Shown here: positions 21,001-29,765 of the stretch, one piece after another
Layout: every line of letters starts with the position of its first letter
Numbering within the stretch: the stretch's first letter is position 1
Virus record (IMG/VR): IMGVR_UViG_3300042868_013427
Coordinates: 1-63,269 of that record
From: a virus
Lineage: Duplodnaviria > Caudoviricetes
Direction: 5' to 3' (one strand)
Length of the DNA stretch: 63,269 nucleotides
The notes under the pieces: generated by a model
What the model was told of the DNA's origin: nothing
The model's database searches: none
What the model saw: the letters and a program-made list of their open reading frames with translations, nothing else
Program-made: the position numbers and the translations under genes

Positions 21001-21686
21001 GCACCCCATGCCCAAAGAGTTCCGTCGGTTTTTATTCCAATAGTTTGGGTGTTTCCTGCAACTACCTTTGTCCAATTGTTCTGGTTTCCAATTTGTATTG
21101 GAGAACTTTTTTGTACAACCGTTCCATCACCTAGTTGGCCATATGTATTGTCTCCCCATGCCCATAGGGTTCCATTGGTCTTTACTGCCATCACACTAGA
21201 GGTGAGATAGTTTATGCTGGACCAATTTGTGTCAGTTCCAACTTGAACAGGAGAATTACGTGTTGAGGCTGCAAGAAATCCAAGGCTTCCGTTTGTTCCT
21301 GTTCCCCAGCCCCAAAGCGTTCCATCAGATCTTATTGCATGGGTTGTATTTCCACCTGCTGAAACTTTTGACCAAGAAGTAAGGCCACCAATCTGAACAG
21401 GAGAAGATCTAGTAGTAGCGGTATTATCACCAAGCTGACCATTCGTTCCTAGTCCCCACGCCCATAACGTTCCATCATTTCTTAATGAAATAGTATGGGA
21501 CAGACCAACTGTTATTTGGCTAGGTAAAGTTGAATATACACTAGTTCCAACTAGAGAAGGGCTTACATATGTAAAACTATTGTCTAATTGCCCACTTTCT
21601 GCAGATCCTGCACCCCATAATGATCTTATGGTAACAGGTCCTGTTATCTTATTTCTAAGCTGTACTATGTTTTTCAGGAAAGGCAT
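15090..21686 (-). CDS. giant RCC1-repeat multi-beta-propeller protein (2198 aa), probable virion fibre/adhesin
   Basis: roughly 40 repeats of GTLWAWG.N..GQLG.GT...RSSPVQIG. Confidence 0.9.
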   Translation of the reverse strand: MPFLKNIVQLRNKITGPVTIRSLWGAGSAESGQLDNSFTYVSPSLVGTSVYSTLPSQITVGLSHTISLRNDGTLWAWGLGTNGQLGDNTATTRSSPVQIGGLTSWSKVSAGGNTTHAIRSDGTLWGWGTGTNGSLGFLAASTRNSPVQVGTDTNWSSINYLTSSVMAVKTNGTLWAWGDNTYGQLGDGTVVQKSSPIQIGNQNNWTKVVAGNTQTIGIKTDGTLWAWGASNTSNAFFQTPSMPLPLNQYDKNWSSFSNRGTNHVLAIRTDGTLWAWGLGTTGQLGDGTIISRSSPVQIGTDTNWASVQTSYFGTTSGAIKTNGTLWMWGNNSSGQLGDGTVVNKSSPVQIGALTTWSKISIGVSHTMALMTDGTLWTWGGNSTGELGSGTVVSRSSPVQVGSLTGWLNISAGSSYSGATRTNGALWTWGLGTNFRTGHISTVSRSSPVQVGSLTNWQSIDCATDHTIAVKTDGTLWAWGENTSGKIGFAIPNYPLLQGNPTWTKVVVKSQTTFALATSGQLWAWGIGTSGMLGDNTAVTKSSPVQIGSLANWNVVNTGHSHTMAVRTNGTLWGWGVNTSGQIGDNTAVTKSSPVQVGALNTWQNVFAGLNYTVGVRTDGTLWAWGLNSQTGIAIATVMGLRVPTIPTAVGSDTNWSIIDSGEYNMMAIRTNGTLWGWGLNTSGQLGDGTVVNKSSPVQIGALTSWSKVSTKSTHTVAIMTNGTLWTWGANPTGQIGDGTVINRSSPVQIGADTNWLDAAAGVSHTIAIKTNGTLWAWGGNVSGQLGDGTVVNKSSPVQIGVDTNWTKVSGGQSYTIALKSNGTIWSWGTGATGQLGVTVVVTQRSSPGRIGTISDNAWTTIDAGYTHVLGRKSDGSLWAWGLNQNGQLGNGNQGTNEFAPFLVSGGLTWSYAKGGRSHSMGLTTDGRIWTWGSNSHAQVSPSSIGEQNDAGARNFSADPWAGITVTTANSISTGGRFNAVISSGKIWSWGGDNNLYGNLGHNNALAPLVNVSSPIQIGTSNDWSNSKISISYFSTHAIKSNGTLWGWGGNGAGQLGIGTTQEVGAAVSPIQVGTDTNWSNITSTNTSVTATKTNGTLWGWGENPSGQIGDGTVINRSSPVQIGSRSDWAYVSGGTGNHVVATTTNGTLWAWGLGTSGQLGQGIFISRSSPVQIGSLTGWSEPTAGSLCTFGVNANSIYSWGDNSGGILGLNNTLSSSTTNVSSPTQVGTGVTNWSKASAGFNNSTAITTSGNIWMWGQNTNYELGDGTAVTKSSPVQISSDISGSVNHVNVGTSFMMALNSDNVLHGWGSPLNGEFGLGWASVLTTVPRSSPVQLGGRNWTDVSAGFTHFSGVKSNGTAYLWGINSNGVMAQMIGAGSTYRGPTYLHQLDQVPSSWSSLTLNESITTGKKTDGSFWYWGISPGLSAVSSPVQISGSWSNVYPGRSHVMGVRSTGDLYTWGAFSSGQLGWRTSLSSPIQVSSNVNWQTISAGRSYVMAIRTNGTLWTWGRASTAFGIGLTSVNYTFIAEPVQVGSDSNWSKVAAGPYTSSEFTSHTAAVKTNGTLWTWGRGGEGQLGNNFNNDRSFPTQMDSATNWSNVATYEFGTLGLKTDGTLWAWGDISNGKTGADWPVEPKTFIFGAPSNYTKISLGYTSAGIKTDGTLWAWGDNQRGGLGQNNTTTYSSSVQVGSATDWIDVAAGAGYVLALKSGGTLWAWGNNLSGSLGDGTVINRSSPVQIGADTNWSKVFAGYLSSGAIKSTSTMWMWGNNTSGQLGHGDALNRSSPVQTGAGNAWSQIFIGNRTSFSLTTSGTLWAVGSNASGMLGLNNSSVAFSTRQQIGALAVWSKAAPGVSHTLFTRTNGTMWAVGLNSSGQFGTNNATNASSPVQVGALTGWLDIATGLNVSFGVRSDSTLWRWGVAGTVYRGDNFLGTAMSSPVQVGTSNNWLSLRQNYGNYSYGSPSMTLALSNTSIWAWGENSGGGLGLGHTMTYPGNGTGAMPLSPVTYISSPVQVGMGYSIIYKGTPQRYGGAIKTNGTLWMWGAGSDGQLGSNVPGGIASSAIQVGSDTNWSSLTLSMTPVNPGGGTWWGSTMALKTDGTLWGFGSAYFGELGNNRSGTSFFSPIQIGAAIWSKVSNGWGSTMAITTNGTLWAWGLNTAGNLGNGTTANRSTPVQIGTLSIWDDITLGYGFSIAKQSYVV

Positions 21687-21689
21687 AAC

Positions 21690-22055
21690 TTATATGTTTT
21701 GTCCTCCATTAAAGCAATACCAGTTTGAGCCCCCATCTTCTGTGACAAAACAAAACACATCTTTTTTTCCATTGCTGTTTGTAAGAGTAGGAGGAGACCC
21801 ATTTGGCCAATCAAATGTCAATGGCCATGTTATGGAAACAGAAGTAGATGTATAAGTTAATATGAGGGTAAAATTCGTTACTATTCCGCTTGTTGGAACG
21901 TTATTTATAGTTATGCTAGATATGCTCTCTGTTAAAGAAACGCTGAATATATTCGCAACATTAAGATCTAACGTTAAAGCTCCGCTGGAAGAAGATGCTG
22001 TTGCCTTTTCTTCCAGAGAGAATGTTGCTACTCCTGCTGCAGTTATGAGTGCCAT
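21690..22055 (-). CDS. small beta-rich fibre connector-like protein
   Basis: LTLDL..ANIFSVSL...ITWP...WPNG.PP.LT...D.F.F.T.DGG.NWY pattern of phage fibre domains; ATATATA upstream. Confidence 0.65.
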   Translation of the reverse strand: MALITAAGVATFSLEEKATASSSSGALTLDLNVANIFSVSLTESISSITINNVPTSGIVTNFTLILTYTSTSVSITWPLTFDWPNGSPPTLTNSNGKKDVFCFVTEDGGSNWYCFNGGQNI

Positions 22056-22089
22056 GGCTTAGATTTTTATATCCTATATATTCTAGAGT

Positions 22090-25000
22090 TTACACTATGG
22101 TAAACGTGCCAATGGAGCTCAAGACATTCCAGTCTGAATCTGCTGTAACGCATACTATTTCTATGGAAGCTCTTGCTCCATTGTTAGTCACCTCAATGTA
22201 ACCCGCCAGTCCAGTTGTTGTTGCAAGCTGATCAAAGTACATCGTCTTTCCTACCGGCTGTCTTACCCTAAAGTAACCACCTGCGTTTTTGTTCGTTAAT
22301 CTAATGCTGGCTCCTACTGCAGATGTTGTTGGAAGGGTCATGTCAATTCTTCCAGCTCCATTTACTATGTAGTTGGTATTCACAGTCATGTTAGTAGCAC
22401 CAGTTGCAGTGGTCCATGAACCGCCTGCGCCAGAAGCACCTTGTAGACCCTGTATGCCAAGACCTTGCAGACCCTGAAGACCTTGTGTTCCCTGATTTCC
22501 TTGTGCACCTTGAGCACCTTGAGTTCCCTGAACACCTTGGTTTCCTTGGTTTCCTTGGTTGCCCTGTCTTCCTTGAAGACCTTGCAAACCTTGTGTTCCT
22601 TGAACACCTTGATTGCCCTGATTGCCTTGAGCACCTTGTGCTCCTTGCAGTCCCTGCAGACCCTGAACACCCTGATTGCCCTGAACTCCTTGTGTTCCCT
22701 GAACACCCTGATTGCCCTGAGCTCCTTGTGCACCTTGAACGCCCTGATTGCCCTGAGCTCCTTGTGGACCTTGAACGCCCTGATTGCCTTGTGCACCCTG
22801 CAGACCCTGAAGGCCTTGTGTTCCATTTGTTCCTGCAGTTCCCTGGGTCCCTTGGACCCCTTGGTTGCCCTGAGTTCCCTGTGTCCCTTGGACACCCTGG
22901 TTTCCTTGGTTGCCCTGAGCACCTTGTGCACCTTGTGTTCCCTGAACGCCTTGGTTTCCTTGTACACCCTGCAGACCTTGAAGGCCTTGTGTTCCATTTG
23001 TTCCTGCAACACCCTGTGTCCCCTGTGTTCCTTGGACTCCTTGATTGCCTTGATTGCCCTGAGAACCCTGTGCGCCTTGTGCTCCTTGTGCACCTTGAGT
23101 TCCCTGTGTCCCTTGAACGCCTTGGTTTCCTTGTACACCTTGTGCCCCTTGAACGCCCTGGTTTCCTTGTGCCCCTTGTGCTCCTTGAGCACCTTGCAGA
23201 CCTTGAGTTCCCTGAACTCCTTGAAGACCCTGTATTCCTTGAACACCCTGGAATCCTTGAAGACCTTGTGATCCTCTAGATCCAAGGGTTGTTACCAGGT
23301 ATGAGTAGTGTACCGTTCCTTCTGTGTAGAAGCTTATGGTCCTATTTTGGTTATCAAGGTTGTTTACATAAATATAGACGATTAACCTATCTGTTGCTGA
23401 CAATGATGCAGAGGTTGCAACAGCGTTTGTCTTTACTTCAACAGGGGTTGTATTGTTAACAGACCATTCAAGAGGTGCGACATCAGAAGTAAAGAGAAGC
23501 GTGGCTGTTGCTCCGTCATACTTTGAAACAGTGAAGTAGTATTCAAGGTTATCGTTCTCTGTGTTCTTTGTGAAATAGACATAGCTATGCCACAGACCGT
23601 TAGGGATGACCAAAACATTAGGATTTCCGACATCCGTTATCCATCCAGAATTGACTTGAACATTCTGCTGATTTGCAGTGAGATTGACCGTGATTGTGGT
23701 TTGACCAGCTGTTGTCGTACTTGTTCCAAGCTGTTTATATGGACTAGGGGTCTGTGAAACAGAATCATTAAAGAAGTAGTTAGCTCCTCCAGATATACCA
23801 TCAAGTCCTTGATTTCCCTGTCTTCCTTGTAAGCCTTGAAGACCCTGAAGGCCTTGCAGACCCTGAAGACCTTGAATTCCCTGTGAACCTTGAACTCCTT
23901 GAAGACCCTGAATTCCTTGAACTCCTTGAGCACCTTGCGTTCCCTGTGTTCCCTGAACCCCTTGATTTCCTTGATTGCCCTGAACGCCCTGAACCCCTTG
24001 TGCTCCCTGAGCACCTTGCGTTCCCTGTGTTCCCTGAACCCCTTGATTTCCTTGAGCGCCTTGTGCACCTTGGGTTCCCTGAACACCCTGATTCCCCTGG
24101 TTGCCCTGTGCTCCTTGTGCACCCTGCAGGCCTTGAAGACCCTGGGTTCCCTGAACGCCTTGGTTGCCCTGATTTCCTTGAGCACCTTCAGTTCCCTGAA
24201 CACCTTGGTTTCCTTGTGCTCCTTGTGTGCCTTGAGTTCCCTGAACGCCTTGTGTGCCTTGTGTGCCTTGAACTCCTTCAGTTCCCTGAACGCCTTGGTT
24301 TCCTTGTGCTCCTTGTGCTCCTTGTGTGCCTTGAGTTCCCTGAACGCCTTGTGTACCTTGTGTGCCTTGAGAACCTTCTGTTCCTTGAACACCTTGCATG
24401 CCTTGAACACCTTCAGTTCCCTGAACGCCTTGTGTGCCTTGTGTGCCTTGAGCACCTTCAGTTCCCTGAACCCCCTGGTTTCCTTGTGCCCCTTGTGCCC
24501 CTTGAACACCTTGCAGACCTTGAGTTCCCTGAACGCCTTGGTTTCCTTGAGCTCCCTGGTTTCCTTGTAGTCCTTGAAGGCCTTGAATTCCTTCAGTTCC
24601 CTGAACCCCCTGGTTTCCTTGTGCACCTTGCGGGCCTTGGTTTCCTTGTGTGCCTTGAGAACCTTCTGTTCCTTGAACACCTTGCATGCCTTGAACACCT
24701 TCAGTTCCCTGAACGCCCTGGTTTCCTTGTGTACCTTGATTTCCCTGATTTCCTTGAATGCCTTGCAGACCTTGTATTCCCTGCGCACCCTGGTTTCCTT
24801 GAGCTCCTTGAGCACCCTGAATTCCCTGTACGCCTTGTAAGCCTTGGACACCTTCAACACCCTGTGTACCTTGAACGCCCTGGTTGCCCTGCATTCCATC
24901 AAAGCCCTGAACGCCCTGAATTCCCTGGACGCCTTCAACTCCTTGGGTTCCCTGTGTGCCCTGACTTCCTTGGAATCCCTGCATTCCATCAAAGCCCTGA

Positions 25001-27060
25001 ACGCCCTGAATTCCCTGGACGCCTTCAACTCCTTGGGTTCCCTGTGGACCATCAAACCCCTGATCTCCCTGTGGACCCTGCGGACCATCAAGGCCCTGAA
25101 CTCCCTGTGTTCCTAATTCGCCCTGGTTTCCTTGCAGACCCTGAAGCCCTTGAATACCTTGTACGCCTTGAGGTCCCTGAAGACCTTGGAGCCCAACAGC
25201 AATTGGTCCTTGAAGCCCCTGTAATCCTACGTTTCCTTGGTTTCCTTGGTTTCCTTGTGTTCCTTGAGTGCCTTGTGCTCCCTGAGCACCCTGCAGACCC
25301 TGAAGGCCTTGTGTTCCTTGAATTCCTTGAATGCCTTGTGTTCCTTGAGTGCCTTGTGCTCCCTGGGCACCCTGCAGACCTTGCATTCCCTGTGTCCCTT
25401 GAACGCCCTGCGTGCCTTGTGCTCCTTGAGCACCTTGCGTTCCCTGTGTTCCCTGAACTCCCTGATTTCCCTGGTTGCCTTGAGCACCCTGAAGACCCTG
25501 AAGACCTTGAACACCTTGATTGCCCTGATTTCCTTGGTTGCCTTGTGCACCTTGTGCCCCCTGAACTCCTTGGTTTCCTTGGTTGCCCTGTCTTCCTTGC
25601 AGGCCTTGAAGGCCTTGTATTCCTTGGGTTCCTTGAGCTCCTTGAGTTCCCTGTGCCCCTTGAACTCCTTGATTTCCTTGGTTGCCTTGTGCACCTTGAG
25701 TCCCTTGAACACCCTGGTTTCCTTGGTTGCCCTGTCTTCCTTGCAGGCCTTGAAGTCCTTGTATTCCTTGGGTGCCTTGGGCTCCTTGCGCCCCCTGAAC
25801 TCCCTGATTTCCTTGAAGACCTTGCAGACCTTGAATTCCCTGAAGACCTTGCATCCCCTGTGTGCCTTGTGCACCTTGGTTTCCTTGAAGTCCCTGAAGG
25901 CCCTGAGCGCCATCAGATCCAGTTCCTTGGAAGCCCTGAAATCCTTGGAAGCCCTGATTTCCATCTAAGCCTATTCCTCCACTGAGGTTGACTATCCAGT
26001 AATCGTAGGTTCCACTACCCAAAGAAAAGTCAACGAATACTTCCAGATCTCCGGTTGCTTGGTTGTAAGAGACAACATCTCCAAGCATGTAATCAGTCAA
26101 GGAATTTGCAACAACGACCCTCTGTGCAACGGTGTATGAAAGACCGTCATCAACAGTAAGATTTATGGTTACACCGGAAGCTATTGCAAGAGATGTGCCA
26201 GAGCTTGTTTCATAGCGGTCTCCTGATGCACCAACTTTTCCCTGGATGCCTTGTGCGCCCTGTCTTCCCTGTAGGCCTTGAACTCCTGTGCCCTGATTTC
26301 CCTGATTTCCCTGCGCTCCTTGGGCTCCCTGTGTTCCTTGTCTTCCCTGTAGGCCTTGAACGCCTGAACCCTGGATTCCTTGTGTTCCCTGTGTCCCTTG
26401 AACACCTTGGTTGCCTTGGTTTCCTTGCCTTCCCTGTGCTCCTTGATTTCCTTGAAGTCCTTGAAGTCCTTGGCTTCCCTGGGGGCCTGATGCAGGCCCC
26501 TGGAATCCCTGAAGACCTTGGAACCCACCGCCGCCACCGCCGCCAGGAAGGTTCTCTATTCCCTTAAGACCGATGTATTTGTAACAGGTTATTGCAGGAG
26601 GGCTAGATGCCTCTCCTGTGCTTTGGTAGTTTAGTTCATCATATTTTTGATTGAACCTAACTACATAAGTTTCTGTGTTTGGATAGAAGAATATTGCGTA
26701 GTAGTCAGAAGGAACTGGGATCGTGTAGTTGCCAGAAGGGTCCTTGAACCAAACTATTATCTCATACTTCTCAGCACCGTTGTAGGGAAGAACATATGTG
26801 AGTCGCGCGTCGCTGAATGATACTGAGCTTCCCTCTACCGTCGATAGAACTTGCTTGTCTATCTTCTCGATTATGTCCATCCCGCTTGCAGCGTAGATGG
26901 CACCGTCCGGAAAGGATGGACCGTACAGGGGATTGATTGATGGTATCAGTCCAGTGTACAGAAGTATTGTGTTTCCGAAGAGGTTGTCAGAGTTGAATGG
27001 GTAGTTGAACCTCATCAACATCCGCTCATCCGGAATAAATTGGTCTACTCTAAGTGCCAA
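22090..27060 (-). CDS. Gly-X-Gln collagen-like fibre (fibre family member 2), 1656 aa
   Basis: TTG start; shared N-terminal domain; three GXQ tracts separated by two globular domains; C-terminal fibre-like head. Confidence 0.85.
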   Translation of the reverse strand: MALRVDQFIPDERMLMRFNYPFNSDNLFGNTILLYTGLIPSINPLYGPSFPDGAIYAASGMDIIEKIDKQVLSTVEGSSVSFSDARLTYVLPYNGAEKYEIIVWFKDPSGNYTIPVPSDYYAIFFYPNTETYVVRFNQKYDELNYQSTGEASSPPAITCYKYIGLKGIENLPGGGGGGGFQGLQGFQGPASGPQGSQGLQGLQGNQGAQGRQGNQGNQGVQGTQGTQGIQGSGVQGLQGRQGTQGAQGAQGNQGNQGTGVQGLQGRQGAQGIQGKVGASGDRYETSSGTSLAIASGVTINLTVDDGLSYTVAQRVVVANSLTDYMLGDVVSYNQATGDLEVFVDFSLGSGTYDYWIVNLSGGIGLDGNQGFQGFQGFQGTGSDGAQGLQGLQGNQGAQGTQGMQGLQGIQGLQGLQGNQGVQGAQGAQGTQGIQGLQGLQGRQGNQGNQGVQGTQGAQGNQGNQGVQGAQGTQGAQGTQGIQGLQGLQGRQGNQGNQGVQGAQGAQGNQGNQGNQGVQGLQGLQGAQGNQGNQGVQGTQGTQGAQGAQGTQGVQGTQGMQGLQGAQGAQGTQGTQGIQGIQGTQGLQGLQGAQGAQGTQGTQGNQGNQGNVGLQGLQGPIAVGLQGLQGPQGVQGIQGLQGLQGNQGELGTQGVQGLDGPQGPQGDQGFDGPQGTQGVEGVQGIQGVQGFDGMQGFQGSQGTQGTQGVEGVQGIQGVQGFDGMQGNQGVQGTQGVEGVQGLQGVQGIQGAQGAQGNQGAQGIQGLQGIQGNQGNQGTQGNQGVQGTEGVQGMQGVQGTEGSQGTQGNQGPQGAQGNQGVQGTEGIQGLQGLQGNQGAQGNQGVQGTQGLQGVQGAQGAQGNQGVQGTEGAQGTQGTQGVQGTEGVQGMQGVQGTEGSQGTQGTQGVQGTQGTQGAQGAQGNQGVQGTEGVQGTQGTQGVQGTQGTQGAQGNQGVQGTEGAQGNQGNQGVQGTQGLQGLQGAQGAQGNQGNQGVQGTQGAQGAQGNQGVQGTQGTQGAQGAQGVQGVQGNQGNQGVQGTQGTQGAQGVQGIQGLQGVQGSQGIQGLQGLQGLQGLQGLQGRQGNQGLDGISGGANYFFNDSVSQTPSPYKQLGTSTTTAGQTTITVNLTANQQNVQVNSGWITDVGNPNVLVIPNGLWHSYVYFTKNTENDNLEYYFTVSKYDGATATLLFTSDVAPLEWSVNNTTPVEVKTNAVATSASLSATDRLIVYIYVNNLDNQNRTISFYTEGTVHYSYLVTTLGSRGSQGLQGFQGVQGIQGLQGVQGTQGLQGAQGAQGAQGNQGVQGAQGVQGNQGVQGTQGTQGAQGAQGAQGSQGNQGNQGVQGTQGTQGVAGTNGTQGLQGLQGVQGNQGVQGTQGAQGAQGNQGNQGVQGTQGTQGNQGVQGTQGTAGTNGTQGLQGLQGAQGNQGVQGPQGAQGNQGVQGAQGAQGNQGVQGTQGVQGNQGVQGLQGLQGAQGAQGNQGNQGVQGTQGLQGLQGRQGNQGNQGNQGVQGTQGAQGAQGNQGTQGLQGLQGLGIQGLQGASGAGGSWTTATGATNMTVNTNYIVNGAGRIDMTLPTTSAVGASIRLTNKNAGGYFRVRQPVGKTMYFDQLATTTGLAGYIEVTNNGARASIEIVCVTADSDWNVLSSIGTFTIV
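22430..26525 (-). repeat. 9-bp-periodic GGN-NNN-CAR coding repeats with internal duplications
   Basis: for example a ~70-bp identical block at 24887-24956 and 24977-25046. Confidence 0.9.
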
Positions 27061-27077
27061 GGCTCAGTGGATTTTGA

Positions 27078-27086
27078 CTATATATC
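27078..27086 (-). promoter_or_regulatory. putative late promoter GATATATAG
   Basis: abuts the upstream stop codon, 17 nt before the collagen gene start. Confidence 0.6.
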
Positions 27087-27335
27087 TTACTTCCCATACA
27101 TCTGTTCGTAGCGAACAGTGTGCTCACTCTTCTTCGTCTTCTTTCTTCCTTTCTCGTCTCCAGGAAGCTCCTTGTAAGCGCTTGGATCAGAATCACTCAT
27201 TGATGCCTGCTTCTTCATCTGCCTCTTCTTTGCCTTCACTGTGGATTTGGAGAGACCCTTGAAATAGGGATGCTTTGAGTCAGGCCTCTTCTTCCTTGCC
27301 TCATTTAGCAGGAAGTCTTCAAACTTCATTATCAT
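27087..27335 (-). CDS. DUF5824-like protein, basic part
   Basis: YFKGLSKST...AYKELPGD...TK.S.HT..Y..MYG; MIMKFEDFLLNE leader. Confidence 0.6.
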   Translation of the reverse strand: MIMKFEDFLLNEARKKRPDSKHPYFKGLSKSTVKAKKRQMKKQASMSDSDPSAYKELPGDEKGRKKTKKSEHTVRYEQMYGK

Positions 27336-27697
27336 TTCAGGAACTTCAATTTTTCTTGGGCCTTCTTGCTCTTTGCCACCCTTTTTGCAACATCAGAGTC
27401 TGCGCCTCCCTTTGGGTTCTTCTTCGGAGATCCCCAGGTTCCCTTTCCTCCTGTGAGGAATGAGTTTACCCGAGCATAGCCCCATTGCTCCTGGCCTGCA
27501 CCAGGACGATGCCCAGTCTTCCAGGCAGCCATGCCCCTTCGCATCACAGTCCTCAATGCAGCCATGGAAACGCCAGTCTTTTCAGACTTCTTCTTCAGGG
27601 CCTTTTCTATGTCCTGGTTGCTTATCTTCTTTTTTGCTTCGTTGATTGATTCCTCCTCTTTCAGCAGGAATTCGTTGTATTCTAACAAGTTTTTCAT
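27332..27697 (-). CDS. DUF5824-like protein, HRPG part
   Basis: RRGMAAWKTGHRPGAGQEQWGYARVNSF; MKNLLEYNEF leader. Confidence 0.7.
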   Translation of the reverse strand: MKNLLEYNEFLLKEEESINEAKKKISNQDIEKALKKKSEKTGVSMAALRTVMRRGMAAWKTGHRPGAGQEQWGYARVNSFLTGGKGTWGSPKKNPKGGADSDVAKRVAKSKKAQEKLKFLK

Positions 27698-27717
27698 TGG
27701 AGTATATATCTAATATC

Positions 27718-28143
27718 ATGAATAAGCACACAGTAATAGTAGACCTTGACGGAACAATTTCCACAAAAGGAGACCGTGGATGGTATGAATACAGCAAGGT
27801 ATCAGGAGACATACCGATTGAAGCCATTATAAGGCTGGTTAGGATGCTGCACTCCAACGGCGTCAACCTTGTCTTCTGCACAGGAAGAGAGGATTCATGC
27901 ATGAAGAAGTCCATAGATTGGATAAGGAAGCATGTCTTCATGAGTGATCTTGCTCCGGTTGAGATATACATGAGGCCATCTGGAGATAGAAGGCCAGACT
28001 TTGTTGTGAAGAAAGAGATATACGCAAGGGACATAGAACCAAGACACAATGTTTGGTTTGTGCTGGACGACAGAAGTTCGGTCGTGAAGATGTGGAGGGA
28101 GATAGGGCTAACATGCCTGCAGGTTGCGGAGGGAGATTACTGA
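27718..28143 (+). CDS. HAD phosphatase similar to the T4 PNK (PseT) 3'-phosphatase domain
   Basis: VDLDGT, TGR, MRPSGDRRPD..VK, DDR..VV.MWR..GL.CLQVA.GD; ATG at 27718. Confidence 0.88.
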   Translation: MNKHTVIVDLDGTISTKGDRGWYEYSKVSGDIPIEAIIRLVRMLHSNGVNLVFCTGREDSCMKKSIDWIRKHVFMSDLAPVEIYMRPSGDRRPDFVVKKEIYARDIEPRHNVWFVLDDRSSVVKMWREIGLTCLQVAEGDY

Positions 28144-28721
28144 TGAAGTTTACAGGAGAAGAAACTAAAGAAGAACTCCTGTACAAGGGGATAGAACTCA
28201 TAGAAAGGTTCTCAGAAGACAACGGAATAAAGATGCCTAAGATCTTCGTAGTAGGTCCAAGCAGGATAAGTGCATACGGGCTTTTCTACCCTAACGACAT
28301 AATACACGTCAACATGAAGCTGTGCAGGCCGCCTGTAAAGGTTCCAGGATACGATTGGACGTTTCCTGGTTACATACAGGACCTCACGCCTTATGGAATA
28401 CTAGCACACGAATTTGGCCATTACATATCAGACATGCTGGGAAAGAAGTTTAGAAAGAACTTTGTCAACATAAGAAAGATAGAAGAGAATGTAACATCTA
28501 CTGATGATAGAGGCCTGGACGAAAAGATGGCAGAAGCGGCAAGACTTTTCATAACAAATCCAGACCTTCTCAGAATAGGAAGACCGTACAGGTATGAGAT
28601 ATTCAGCAGACACTATACACCTGTGGTGAAGCACAGGTGGAAGACGGTCCTCAAGAATGCACACCCAAAGATCATATCAGCTGCAGAAAGATGGATAGAA
28701 CGCGGTTATATAAAAAAATAG
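28143..28721 (+). CDS. zincin-like metallopeptidase domain protein
   Basis: AHEFGH (HExxH) and downstream E.MAE; ATG overlaps the previous stop. Confidence 0.6.
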   Translation: MKFTGEETKEELLYKGIELIERFSEDNGIKMPKIFVVGPSRISAYGLFYPNDIIHVNMKLCRPPVKVPGYDWTFPGYIQDLTPYGILAHEFGHYISDMLGKKFRKNFVNIRKIEENVTSTDDRGLDEKMAEAARLFITNPDLLRIGRPYRYEIFSRHYTPVVKHRWKTVLKNAHPKIISAAERWIERGYIKK

Positions 28722-28728
28722 TTAAACC

Positions 28729-28905
28729 ATGAAGAAGTACTCAGAAGTTGCTCCGATTGTTAAGAGCAGCATAAAGAAGATAAACACAGAGACGGAAAGA
28801 AGCTTTGCAATAAAGGACATTGAAAATGTTCTAAGCAAGCACAATGCTTCTTCTATATCAGACCTTCCTCTCAGCGTTAAGGCTCAGCTGATGAATGGTA
28901 AGTAA
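28729..28905 (+). CDS. 58-aa hypothetical protein (not in ORF track)
   Basis: manual translation MKKYSEVAPIVKSS...QLMNGK, followed by a terminator. Confidence 0.55.
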   Translation: MKKYSEVAPIVKSSIKKINTETERSFAIKDIENVLSKHNASSISDLPLSVKAQLMNGK

Positions 28906-28927
28906 GTAACATATTTTACAACGACAT

Positions 28928-28963
28928 AAAAGGCATGGTTGATTATTTCAGCCGTGCCTTTTT
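28928..28963 (+). terminator. intrinsic terminator
   Basis: AAAAGGCATGGTTGA-TTATT-TCAGCCGTGCCTTTTT hairpin, immediately followed by GATATATAA. Confidence 0.8.
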
Positions 28964-28988
28964 CGATATATAAAGAAAATTTCAATTG

Positions 28989-29765
28989 ATGTCATCGACT
29001 ATAACAGACACACTTTCTTTCATAGAAAGAGTTGGGCCGATACAAGGTTTTGTTGTTCTTTCTCTTCTTTCTGCAATATTCATATTCACAAGGTACTTCA
29101 TGAAGAGGGTGGATTCTAACTTCTTTGAAATGAAGAATATGAATGAATCCCTGAAGAAAAAGATAGAGGAGCTTGAAAAAAAGAACGAAGATATAAAGAC
29201 ATCAATAGAAGATGCAACAAGAAAAAGGATGGACAAGAAGACGAGTTTCATGAGGAACCATCCATTCTTCTCAACGATTGATTATCTCATAGACGTGAAG
29301 ATACCAGGAATCCACTTCAAATCAGGGTTCAAAAAGACTGTGTTCACTGATATATTGACCTTCAAGCTTAGGGCTTCACAGGAAGTGTTCAGGACGTTTG
29401 TTGCAAATGAGTCAAACCTTAGCGTTGACTCAATTGAATTTAGGAACCATGTCACAAAAGCAATAAAGGATTCATACAACAGGTTCACAACCGACTGTGA
29501 GAGGGCAGCTGTGCCACCCATCGTCATTGAGTCGTTCAATTCTTGGGTGAACCCTCTTACAAGGTTTCTTTTTTCAACGGTGGAAAACGTATGCGATAGC
29601 AAGATGTATGAATTGAACGTTGATAAACTGAATGCCATACTCAGCATAAACCTTGCAGTGTTTGATGAGATGATATCAAACATTGAGCTTTATCTTGATG
29701 AGATAAACGGAGACTTTAATGAACTAGTCTACAGAGGGATAAAGTGTGAGGAAGAACACCACTGA
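28989..29765 (+). CDS. single-TM coiled-coil protein (holin-like candidate)
   Basis: N-terminal TM helix, coiled coil and soluble domain; late motif at 28965. Confidence 0.5.
   Translation: MSSTITDTLSFIERVGPIQGFVVLSLLSAIFIFTRYFMKRVDSNFFEMKNMNESLKKKIEELEKKNEDIKTSIEDATRKRMDKKTSFMRNHPFFSTIDYLIDVKIPGIHFKSGFKKTVFTDILTFKLRASQEVFRTFVANESNLSVDSIEFRNHVTKAIKDSYNRFTTDCERAAVPPIVIESFNSWVNPLTRFLFSTVENVCDSKMYELNVDKLNAILSINLAVFDEMISNIELYLDEINGDFNELVYRGIKCEEEHH

Noticed and set aside
21686-21692. Readthrough or frameshift fusing the 121-aa gene to the RCC1 gene
   Set aside because: The genes are in frame across TAA-GTT-ATG, but TAA is a strong stop and there is a clean ATG; unsupported without proteomics.
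22386-25985. Long alternative-frame and antisense ORFs over the collagen gene (up to 700 aa)
   Set aside because: GGN-NNN-CAR periodicity makes these frames nearly stop-free by construction (the +1 frame reads ARG-GNN-NNC); no independent evidence of expression.
15090-27060. Diversity-generating retroelement acting on fibre heads
   Set aside because: No reverse transcriptase in the window, and no adenine-specific template/variable repeat pair was seen.
11412-27060. Eukaryotic or giant-virus origin suggested by RCC1 and collagen
   Set aside because: T4-like portal, gp4, gp55, bacterial IF-1 and operon-style overlaps indicate a bacteriophage.
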